From Intoshia linei (Eukaryota > Animalia > Orthonectida): DNA of 64,000 nt. Shown one piece after another: positions 25,601-37,300 of the stretch. The notes under the pieces were generated by a model, which made no database searches, was not told the DNA's origin, and saw only the letters and a program-made list of their open reading frames with translations. The stretch is taken from contig LWCA01000003.1 in assembly GCA_001642005.1 (NCBI GenBank), positions 65,649 through 129,648 of the forward strand, in the 5' to 3' direction. The translations under genes and the position numbers were made by a program. Position 1 is the first letter of the stretch; each line of letters opens with the position of its first letter.

Positions 25601-28511
25601 TATTTTATAAACTCTGCCTTTTTTTATTTTTAAAAAAAAGGGTATTTGTGGTTGTGCCCATGAAGGTGTAAGTTTCTGAGGCTGAGATTTACGACAAGCT
25701 TAATGATTTTAAAACGCGTCCTAGATTTATGTTTTTTGAAATTTTAGGACTTTTCATTTTTTAAATACACGCCAACACAGATTTAATTTTATATAAGTAA
25801 TGGATAATGATAAAAACAATAATGATGTATTTATTTTTTAGAATTAACGAGATGATTGAGCCTGAGGATTCTTACAGTTTTTCTTAATATTAGGAACTAA
25901 TGTAAGCTTTAATTGTAGATCTTGTTTTGAAATTTCAAGTCAAGAGCATTAGAGATGTTAAAAATAAAATAATACATTAAATGCCTAGGGCTATGTAACA
26001 CTACGCATCGTTTGTGAATTTTTTTATTGCTTATTTTTCATTTTCGAGTGGCCTTGAGCTAGGTAGGTTTGGCTATGCTAATATTGTTTGAATTTTGTGA
26101 GTTTGAATTAAATTAATAAGTTTTATATACAGATATTAATTTGACCGCTACTTTCCAGTTTTTAATGGTGAGTAAAATTAAAAATGATGTGTAAAATCTT
26201 TATTTATGGAACGATGGTTTAAAACAGGCATTCTTAACCTTTTTTGAACCATCCTCAGATTAAAAAAATTAATCTAAAGTTTTCATAATCCTATAAATTC
26301 GTAATATTTTCCATGCCCCACCAAGTTTCCAATGTCCTATCAAAAATTTCGTCATGCCTACGGTTGAGAAACGCTGGTTTAAATGGAGTTCTAGGTTCAA
26401 AAGAAATTACATTATATAACTGAATTTTATCTTAATTGGCTAATATTGTATTTCATACATTTAGGCTATATAAACCCTCTGAGTGTTGTAATAGTAGATC
26501 AATACAAGTTCAAGCTGTGTGGATTTGACTACAGTCGCCCTAAAGAACAATCACAAAGTAAAATTAGTGGATATCATCCCGTTTCAGATATATTTAATGT
26601 AAATAATTATGAAAATTTATTGTTTGGGGATATTATGCTCAACAAACACCTTTTACTGTATTCTGCTTCAAAGTTTATAAAATTACATTTAAACGTTAAT
26701 AATCTAAAAATTGCCAATTTTATTAAAGGAGACAGTGTTGATAGGGTATGGATTCAGATTTTATGAGTTTATTTTATTTTATCAACAGGTAGCGAGAATA
26801 ATTCAATACATCCAAAGAACTTTAACAACATCCTATTTGTCTGTGGAATATGCAACTGAAATGGAACAAAAAATTTCAAAATTATTCATGTGCAATTATG
26901 AATCTTGTCCAAATTCAGTGGGCATACCCATCATAGACATTTCTAAGACCTGCGACCAATTTCAAGTTTTAGATTACCTAACTAAAAATGCATTTTTTGA
27001 TCACGTTACCGAAAATTTTGATATTTTACCGTCTAATTTTCTAAAATATAAAATTCTTAAAATTATTGAATTAGAAATCAAGTTTAATGCTTCTTCAATG
27101 TACCTTATCAAGTGTTTCTACAAGGTAAAAATGTTTATTGTGTTTTTGATACAATTTAGATTATGAATCTTGAATTTTCAGATTTTGAATATACTAGCCA
27201 AGTTTTACCTATTTTAACCAAAATATTTCACATGTCAGATCGTATTATTCGAGTTGAATTGTTAGATCATGTTGAATTTTATTTTCCATTTATTTTATCA
27301 TAATGTAGTTACTACACTGTAATGTGGGATATACGTCGAATAATATATATTTTAACAAAAATATTGTACCTCATCTTTTTCAAGGATTTAAGGATTCAAA
27401 CAGTACTATACGAGAAAAAACTATATTTGTAAATGTTTTAAATGCAATTTCTTTACTCTTAATTAGCTAGATTAATTTAATTAATATTTATTTAATTAAC
27501 TTAATTTCTTAATCTAGGTAGCTACCAAATTGGTCACACACTATGATTATCCCAATTTAAACGATAAATTTTTCAAATATCTTATTGGTCCTCTTTTAAA
27601 AGACCCAGATGTAATTAGTTTTATATTAAAAATATCCGTGTTTAGGTTAACATACGACGAAACACATTAGTTTCTATCAGATACGTTGCTTCCAATGTGG
27701 ATGCAAGTGTAATTATTTTTATAAAAATTCCAATTGTATATTTTATTAGTTGAGATCAAAAGTACTGGCACCCATCTTACTTTCGAAATTAGACGATGAC
27801 CAACCGACAGTCGTACTGGCGGCGATATCTGCAATTTTAGAATTAGTTGAACTTTTTTCTGTTAATCATTTGGCAACCCGTATCATACCTGGCTTATCAC
27901 CATTGTTAATTAATCCCAACCTTGAAGTGAGAAATAATAGTTTTAAAGTGGTAAATCAAATAATTCAAGTACTGGAAGGCTTTTCTAAAAATCCTGCGAA
28001 ACTTGTCGATTGGAGTAATGTACAATTTATAATATTTAATAATAAACTAGATAAACAGTCAAACGTGCATTCAGGTGTTATTAACCCTAGTTGGTCTAAA
28101 TGGGCACTTGATAGTGTTATGAAAATCAATGAAAAATTGTCCACCACGTTTACGTCGAACAAGCATAACAGAAATACCGAATCAGAAGAATCAGAACCAA
28201 AAAAAGATATAAATCTTGGTGCAAATGATTTACCCGATTCTCTTGAAAAACAAAATTATATAAAAACAAAATTTAACCCACCTCCATCAACTGAAAATAC
28301 GCACGAAAAAAAGAATATTAAATTAACATTAAAAAAGAAATATGCAAATATTCCGGAAGACGAAATTAAAATTGATGACTTTTGTCCAGAAATTAATGAA
28401 ATTGATCAGAAATGGCCCACCTTTTCTATCGATTCGATAGATAATTATCAAAAAAATATCACTAAATCAAACGGAAAAGACAAAGAAATGGAATGGGGTA
28501 GAGAATGGTGA
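22624..28511 (+). CDS. SCYL1: SCY1-like pseudokinase 1 (N-terminal kinase-like domain plus HEAT repeats)
   Basis: MWKLFSTDPLSNFKY, KTGQDFTAFVYE, IRSMRYPGIVQYVDSLD, FLHNECSLIHG, FKLCGFDY, DRIIRVELL, GFKDSNSTIREKT, LATRIIPGLSPLLINPNLEVRNNSF. Confidence 0.9.
24271..24508. mobile_element. hAT MITE in a SCYL1 intron
   Basis: Termini cagggtg / caccctg; perfect TSD atctaaat. Confidence 0.75.
24797..25219. mobile_element. hAT MITE (same family as 13871-14341)
   Basis: Termini cagtggctccc / ggaaccattg; TSD ttttagat/gtttagat. Another element (caatgtttcccaa) starts directly after the TSD at 25228. Confidence 0.75.
26225..26376. mobile_element. Short hAT MITE
   Basis: Termini caggcattcttaacc / ggttgagaaacgctg; TSD gtttaaaa/gtttaaat. 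Confidence 0.65.
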
Positions 28512-28535
28512 AATTTATAATATTTTAATAAACAT

Positions 28536-30890
28536 TTATAAAAAACTATTCATTACGGCATAATATAGTGCGGCAATATCTGAGTGGTCCGATATTTTAA
28601 AAAACGGCCAAACAATCTAAAATATTAAATTCAAAAAAATAAGATTACACTGATAGTTTTTTCTTTTACATCTGGCTTTTTTATGCTTTAAAAATGCCCA
28701 AAAATGTAGTCTTCCTCAATTAATAATGATTTGATAATATTTACCCAGTTGTGAATAATAAAAGACTTAAAAATATCAATAATTTTTCTAGAAAATTATC
28801 AAATGTATTAGGGAATAATTTAGTTTTGTCTGGACAACTTAAAAATCTCAATGGATATATGTAACCCATAAATATTGAGAAATTCGGCCGATAAAAGTAG
28901 AGAATAAAAAAATTAATACCGTTTTACTCACGACTTCTTCGTTCTTTTGCGATCCTACTACAACGATATTTATATCATTGGCGTACTTTGCTTTTATTCT
29001 TTCATAACATGATTCAATATCTAAAATAAATTGATTAACTTAGTTTTGTATAAATTTACTTGATTTGTGATAGCTGTAAATGTTATCAATATCAAAATAA
29101 TTTGCCAAATCATGTACCATAATTTTTGATAGTATTGGAATTAGTTTGTCTGAAGTAATGGCAATGTTTACGCAATTTTTTCTATGTATGAAATATATAG
29201 ATATGAATTGTAAATTACCTTTTCTTTATAAGAGAAATTGATTTTTTCATGGTGCTCAACCTGGTAATAAAATTTTGAAATCAAAGTTTTTAATTGGTTT
29301 TCTTTGACTATTCTTGAAATAAAGGGATACTCAGAATCTTGTATTTTTAGATGTGGAAAAGAAATTTTGGTCCGATTAGAAGACGGCTACGTGGTCATCA
29401 GGGCCATTGAGAGCCAGCAGTAGGCCAGGGCCAGATAGAAATTGTAGGCCCTTATATAAAAATTTATGACTGGACCCACAAAGGTTAAAATTGACGTCAA
29501 ATTTTTAATATATCATGATATTTTTGCCCGGTCGAGTTATTTATAATAAAAAATTAATAATAAATTATTTTCGACAACCACGATAAGCATTTTTCTACCA
29601 TTACCTGATTTAGAATATTGGACCCGTCATATGAACCCTAACTCATTTTACATTCCCTGGTTGGATGTATATCATTATTTGCTTAGGGCCATTATTTAAA
29701 AAATATATATTTACCACAATTCTAGATATTCATCCATCTGGGCCATTGTTTGTAACCAATTTGTGTATTCATTATTTGTAAAAAAATCTATTGATAAACT
29801 AAATATTTAGCCATATGAAAAAGAAACCTTGAGGATTAGATATAAAATTTTGATACTTATTTTTAATATTCATATATCTGAGAGACAATTTTTTCATAAA
29901 ATCAACACCATTTTTTGAATTTAAGGGCGATTCGTTCATATTCCTCATCCTGTCTTGAAAACCATCTTGTACGAAATTGTAAGAGGAAACGTTTATTTGA
30001 CTTTCGTCCATTGTTACATCATTGATATGCATGTGATTGCAATTCTAGAATTTTAACAATTAGAAAATAATGAATTTATCAAATGATAAAATTTGATGAA
30101 TAAATAAATACTGATATTACCTCTAAATCATCAAGAAATAGATATGTTCTAGCTAAAGTATAAGCTATATGTTCACACTTAATCGCCATCTCTCTGCATT
30201 GCTCGATGTTCTAATGCAAATGAAATAATTTACTCAATTATAAATTTACCTTATTAAACCTTTGAGCATATTTAGCCGACTTCATAAATTCGAGTAAAAC
30301 AAAAGTGTTGTCTACATTCCATATAAAAATTTGTTTAATTTTTTCTTCTGCACCTTCTTCCAAAAGTTCGGCTTTCAACCCAGTTTTTTCTTCAAAATTA
30401 ATTAAATGTAAAAAAATGTTACCTTTTTTAAGAGTGACACTATTTTCACTGGGAGACGACGCACTATGCGTCAATTGAATATTTTCTTCGTCAGCTATTT
30501 ATTTTTATGAAAAATGTAAAAATTAAAAATCTTACCCATAGATGAATGTAAGATTTTGTATTTGATGTTGGAATCGATACTATTAGCACCTTGCGAATAT
30601 TGTCGTAACAAGTATCTATCTTGTGGAATAGCGTATGGATAATTACAAATATAATTGGGATAAAATAGAGATGCGTCTAATATATTAAAATATATCATTG
30701 AAAATCATTACTAGTATTGGTAAGCGAAAAATTTGGTTTAGATAAATACGATAAACCGGGAACTTGATTATAATTTTGATTAGGGTTTGATAATTCTCCA
30801 ATATAATTCTACATTTACCATTTTAATTGTCAAACATTAATCTAACCTCTGATATCTTTTTAACTTTCATTTTTTCATCCTCTGAAATAT
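28536..30890 (-). CDS. EYA: Eyes absent homolog (Eya domain, catalytic residues degenerate)
   Basis: IKQIFIWNVDNTFVLL..KYAQRFNK, GVDFMKKLSLRY, CVNIAITSDKLIPILSKIMVHDLANYFDIDNIYS, ESCYEEI, IVVVGSQKNEE and WPFFKISDHSDIAALYYAVMNSFL* align colinearly with the Eya domain. Upstream exons are Tyr/Ser/Pro-rich. Confidence 0.92.
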
Positions 30891-32183
30891 CTAATGATAA
30901 TAAAATTCTGATTTAATTATGTGGATGACATCCAGTTAAGGTTTGAATATTGATTATTAAAATAAACATATGCTAAAATTTAGTTGACTATAGGTTTGTC
31001 AACTTGATATTTGATACGGTATTAGATTACATTAACGTTATTACATTTTACAATTCATTTACTAACGATTTTTTATCTCCACATTATACAAACATATGTT
31101 TTGTGTCAACATCATATTCATCACAAATTTTCACACATACATTAGTATATTAGTCATTCTAGTTAGTAAACGAAACGAAAATTAAAAAGACAATAGTTTG
31201 CTTCATTTTATGCATTTGTCATATTGATTCAATCTGTTATTAGATTTTACATTTCTATAATCTCTTGTGACATTTTGTAAACGACATTGGATTATAATTT
31301 ATAAACAATTTGTTTTAATTTCATTATAGCTACTATGCAATTATAATCTTATTAATCTTTCAATTACGTACAAGTTCATCAACTCATTTTATAAAATTAT
31401 CATGTAAATTCTAAATATCCCAATTAATCATAATTATCGTCTTTAAAAATTTTTTGCCATTTAAATGAATTGTTTACTCACATGCGTAATTTCTAAAAAA
31501 ATACACGCTTATAATTGTAATTTAATACTATAAGTGTGTTAATTGGAGCAATGGTTCATTTATTTCGTATAATATCACGAAACATTAACCTCTTTAGTGC
31601 TACAACCTCTCGAAATTACAAAAAATCATCAATATACACCGTTTTGTCAATTATATAATTTGAGTTGATTTAAATTTTTAATATTACCGCGGATGTACTG
31701 AATTATAATTTAATGTTAATTATTTTTTCAATTTTAAAAAATGTATGATTATGTGATTGGTGAAAAATGGGTAACGGACCAGATTAATGTGTAATAATTT
31801 GGAATACACGGTTTTACATGTTAAAAATACACTCTATTTTTTTATTCATTCTGTTATTGACCCATTTTGTATGAATTTATGAAATATATTTAGAAATATT
31901 TTTTACAAATGTAGTAGAAAGTACCCATCTATTTTAAAAAAAAATGTAAGTTATCTCCGTTAATTGGAAATTTTAATTTTTTTAAAATTTGTATGCAATT
32001 GGTGTCACAAATCGAAATAGTTATTATTTGAGAGAACGTTACCTGGTTAAATCTATAAATTTAGCGAAGTTTCAACATATATATTTTTTTCCAATTTATC
32101 AAAAAATAGTATACATTTGTATCGTGCATGGATATTGCATGGATACAATACATTTTGAATTATTATGTGTCAGGGATTTAGAG

Positions 32184-32505
32184 CAGGCATTCTCAACCCT
32201 TTTTCAGTGTGAACCTTGTCAATGGTATTGAAAAAACTTATTATTAAAGTTATTATAATTATAATTATTAATTAACCAAATTTTTTTTGATTCAACTGAT
32301 TATGAGATATTTCCGAACTCGATGTTTAATATTTATGAAAATTATATATTTATTACACTGTCACTTTATCTCAGTGAATCCCAAATTTGCGATAAAAATT
32401 TCCTCTTAGAACCAAAAAATTCATCAACGCCCCACTCTATATTATTATATCATATTTTTTAAAATCGCCCCGTATGGGCGATACCACCCACTTTGGGAGC
32501 CCCTA
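32184..32505. mobile_element. hAT MITE
   Basis: Termini caggcattctcaacc / tttgggagccccta; degenerate TSD atttagag/gtttaaag. Confidence 0.55.
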
Positions 32506-33210
32506 GTTTAAAGAGTCAACTGGAAAAATATATTTAATATTTGAAAATACTTTTTATATAAAACAATTAAAACAAAAACAACAATGTGAAATTGTTGTAA
32601 AATTTTTGTTCATAATATTACTATTTTTGTGTAATTAAGGCTCACGAATAAACTGAAAAGCTTCGTTAAGTGGTAAAGGAACCTGTTTTAGATTTTTTTT
32701 AATATCAAATTTATTTGAAATTGAATCTAATACTTTAATTTGAAATGCCTGTAATCTATTTTAATTTAACTAATATGTCAAGTTTGATACAATGATATAT
32801 TTTTACTTTATGTCATGTTGTGTAATTTTTGAATTAGTTTGAGTTCTATTTAAAAATAATAAAAAATATTAAAAAATTATAAATTACCATATGATAACAT
32901 ATAGTACTGGAGAAGAAAATTCGGGAACGGTTACATTACGCGTAATAATTGCAAACTTTTCACATAAATATAATTGATAATGGCAGTTCAATTTATCGTT
33001 TAATTATGGCAAATTAAGTTAATTAAAAGTGACTTATTATCATTAAAAATGAATTTTTAAATTTTATTTAGAAGCGTAAATTTAGGCACACGAGCCGAGA
33101 CGGCATAAGCTATTAAGGATTCTTTTATTTAAAAAAATTATTTAATTTTCACTTACCTTCCAAGAATTATACATCATTCTCCAAAAAAAAGTTGGCTTGA
33201 ACCCAAGATT

Positions 33211-34038
33211 TTAACTTGGTAGTAGACGTTCATATTTTTTAAGTATTGTAATTAACGGAAAAGTATGATTCTTCGAAAATATTGTATATATAAAAGGCTC
33301 TGGTATATTTATTTTTACTATATTGCTGTAAGAGCATGTTATACCACTGAAAATTTTACCTATGGATTCGGCATGTGAATTTTGATTTTCCATATTAATG
33401 CAATTATTTTCAGATTCGTAAATTGAATAAAAACTAGGAAAATTGACTTGATTTGTTTGTAAATTGGGATTTTCATTATATTCGCACATTTGATAATAAG
33501 AACAGTTCTCCATTGAGGGGTTTGGATTTTGTTCAAAATGAGTTTCCAAAGTGTCAACATGTTCTAAATTGCCCGAATGTTTTAGAATCTTATAGGGTTT
33601 ATCAGAAATTTTGTCATTTATGTATCTGTAATATTTTTTATCGCTGTAAATTTTTGAATCTTCATATTTTGTCAAGAGCGAGTCTTCATATGAAATATTA
33701 TGAGGTTTATCGGGTTCACATTGTGCCTCGTTTGACTCAGTTTGTGTGACATCTTCCAAATTATAAAATTCACAATCCTTAGAGTCTGGTTTAAATTCTG
33801 CAGTAGCAAAATTGCCGTTCAACCACGAATTTAATGATTGTACATTTTTATCTGAATAATCAGAATCAAATTTCAGGGTTTCCAATTGTTGATAATCGTT
33901 TGTCTTGTATATGCAACCTTCTTCAGACTCTACCAAATCTTGAAATTGGTCAAATGTTGTATTGTTTGGTACTTCTGTTTCGTCTGAAGAACTGTGCATT
34001 TGATGCAATGTTGATTCTTTTTGAAATTCCTCACTCAT
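33211..34038 (-). CDS. Acidic low-complexity ORF, probably the 5' exon of EYA
   Basis: 275-codon ORF. A phase-1 donor (ATAG|gtaaaa at 33360/33359) is compatible with the phase-1 EYA acceptor at 30890. It could instead be a separate gene. Confidence 0.55.
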   Translation of the reverse strand: MSEEFQKESTLHQMHSSSDETEVPNNTTFDQFQDLVESEEGCIYKTNDYQQLETLKFDSDYSDKNVQSLNSWLNGNFATAEFKPDSKDCEFYNLEDVTQTESNEAQCEPDKPHNISYEDSLLTKYEDSKIYSDKKYYRYINDKISDKPYKILKHSGNLEHVDTLETHFEQNPNPSMENCSYYQMCEYNENPNLQTNQVNFPSFYSIYESENNCINMENQNSHAESIGKIFSGITCSYSNIVKINIPEPFIYTIFSKNHTFPLITILKKYERLLPS

Positions 34039-34349
34039 AACATTTGATCATTTCAACTTGTTAAATTCAATTTGCTCTACTTGTAGTAAACGGATTCAGA
34101 TGATTACATTGAAAACTAGATCAAACGAAGAATTAATTGGAGTGACTCAAAAATCAAACTGCGGTAACTCTATTTTCAATACCACTGCTAATGTCTTAAA
34201 AAAATAGCATATAAAGTTTCCTCAAGTTATCGAATTTCTCTAAATGGCAGTCATTAACAGACGAGTAATAAATCTCTGCCAAAAATTGACAAATCATCAC
34301 AAATTGGGCTTAATCATAATAAAATATAGTTTATTAATAATATAAACAT

Positions 34350-37300
34350 CTACACTTTGTATTTACGGAAAATTTCTTCAATTTTCTCTTGGGGTACTTG
34401 TATTAACAGACTAAAAAATTTATACATGAAAACATATTGAAACCTATCAATTTCTTTCAATTGATGTTGTAGTTTGCATTCTTTTATGAAACAATTTAAG
34501 CTAAAACTATTTACAGATTTCACTTCAATTTCTGGTAAAAATTCTTCAAAACTACCACCCACCATACCATCGTTAGCATACAAGTTGCACAATAGTTCGT
34601 CATTATTCCAATTTTTTTTCATCTAATATATTATTGAATATAGGCTCTATTTATACTTACCCATTCTTCACCATAATTATTAGTGATAAATTGAGTCATT
34701 TTTACTTTTGCATCTGAAAAAGGTAAAAAGATTAGTTGTTTTATTAATTCATTTTCATATAATTTTCGACGTAATCTCCAATAAAAGAATTTTCTCGAGT
34801 TTTTCCATTCAATTATTCCCTAAATATACAATTCAAATTCAAACAATTATATGCAATGCATATGAAAATTAACACTACAATAATAAGCAGTAATTTGAGA
34901 CAAATAAAATAGTTTTCAACATTACTTAAATTAGATTTACAGATACGTTGTATCCTATTAATAAAATATGTTTTCATTTATACACTATAAACATGGTACA
35001 TTAATAATCTTGTAAATATTACATTTTATTTCCCAAGAAAACATTAAAATAGGTTCAAAATTAAAATTACGTTTATAACTTTTTTAGCCATCATTCTACC
35101 CGGCTTATCGTGTAAATCAGCAAACGTAACGGCAATTTGTTGGTATGTTGGGATCAGGGAATTCTTATGGTTCATAATACTGTCATTTTCACATTCAGAG
35201 ACACCTACATAATTAGTTATGACAAAACAATTAAAGTTAATTCATATTGTTTACTACAATTTAGTGAAAAATTAAAATGCAAATTCAAAGGGGAAAAACA
35301 AAGTACGATTAATGCTAAAAAGTCAAAAAGCATCATTATTAAATTTTAAAATATTTCAAAATCCAATTGTTATAATTAAAATTGGGATATTATTGGATAT
35401 TCCCGCGAAATAATATGGTTAATAAGTAAAATACTAACTTTTTTCTTTATCTATTTTCATTTTTTTGATATGAGGATCCAAACGATCAATAAGTTGCATT
35501 ATTTCACGCTCACGATATTTGATTGACACCATCCCTTCGGGTTCCAAAACGCTACCCCTAAAAATACAATAATGGCATTTAAATGAAAACTAACCGGCTG
35601 TTCTCGTCAGCATACATTTCCATAAAATCTGGATTAATGGAACTATCTAAGACAACCCAAGCACCACCCCTAAGTTCCGAAAACGGCGAAAGGTAAACAA
35701 AAATCGGTTGTTTATATAATCGTAAAGCGTCGACAATTTTAGATCCAAATTTTAAAATTTGTTCATACATGTCCTTCATTCCTCCAGAAAACCCTCGCCA
35801 ATTGGCAAAAATGAAAAGAGGCAAACGTTCACGGTTAAAGTCTAGTACAGTCTGAGCAGTTTTGAATGCTGAATCTGGAAACCACACCTGACCAGCATAC
35901 GCCGTCTTTGTTTCTTCGGAATTCATATCCGCTGGATCTGCAGGGACTGACAAACTGATGGATCTAGTTTCAGTAATTATTACACCTACCGGTATACCAC
36001 CTAAACTTAAAATAAAAAACACAATTGAAATTACAATTACCTAATCGAGCTCTACCACAAATAACCGTTTTCGCCCAATTATCCATAATTTCAATATAAG
36101 AATTATGATCAAAAATTCCCGATTGATAATCTTTTCCAGGAAGTTTTCTCCCAATCAATAAATGCCGAGGGTCGTATAAATTTTTAGTGGGTATAAAATC
36201 GATTTCTCTGTCAATTTGGTCAACAACATCCATTATAGGTAGAGAAGATGTATTGTCGCACGGAATATACTAATTTTTAAAGTAAAACTTATGACCACTA
36301 AACTCTTTTTTCAGCGGCACCTTGCATGAGTTAAAAAAGTTCAAAATACCTCGCATCTGCCACGTTGGCGAACACTGATTTAAAGCTGATAAAAATAAAT
36401 TTAAAAATTACCGATAACCATTTTAAACAAATGAAAATAGCATTTAAATCATTTTCAGCGACTGCGTGTGTAACTCCATTATTGTGCATGATATGAATAC
36501 CACCTATATAAATAAAATAAAAAAATTATAATGAATTACCCAGTTGATTATTGCTCGAGTAAACATTTTTTCCAAGTAATTTGTTTAAGGCTCCAAACCC
36601 AGTAAGAATGATGTGTGAATTTTCGACTTGAATGACTCTTTGACCTAACCGTACGAGATAAGCACCAATACCAATAGATCGACAAGTCACAACACTTATT
36701 GTAACAATTTCATCGTATGCTTTAGACGTTTCAGTAGCAATAGTTGCAGATCCACGCAAATTTTCAATTCCTAATCCATCCTTGCTGCCTATAATATCCA
36801 CAATTTTGAATTTCAAAAAAGGAGAATTCTCGGTTGGAGCAATTTTCTCTATATTTACAATGGACTTGTCTGGTAAAGAGTTATAGTCGTCTTCAGTCAG
36901 ATATAAATATTTAAATCCCTTTTCAGGGTTATTTTCGTCAACCCACAAAACTTTAAACATATCTTTGAATTCGTCAGCCAATCCAATTCGAGCTCCACTG
37001 TTACAGGATAGATAGATTCTTGGAATTCCCATTTCGCGTGCATATTCAGAAACTTTCAAGAAAAGTTCATCTTCTTTAAGACCAAAAGATCCAATTTCTG
37101 TTGTAATGTCATTAGCAATGACAATTATTGTTCTTCCATCAGGGTATTCGGGTGTTTTTAGAAACAATTTCCAAGCCACCATTCCAATAGTGTTGTTCCC
37201 ATGTTCTCTTTCAATTTCGATAAGATTACCTTCGCTGTTAACAGTCAATTCTGAAAATATGAGATATTCCGATTTTATATTGGGTGGTTTATTGAATAAC

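Noticed and set aside
27271-27345. Possible AT-AC intron or stop readthrough in SCYL1 (VEFYFPFILS* resembles the conserved HEAT sequence)
   Set aside because: A canonical 38-nt AT-rich GT-AG intron (27271-27308) restores the frame, and the AT-AC alternative lacks the U12 ATATCC donor.
32640-33210. Exon-like pieces on the minus strand between the 275-aa ORF and EYA
   Set aside because: Splice-like sites exist, but the phase combinations I tried hit stop codons; left unannotated.
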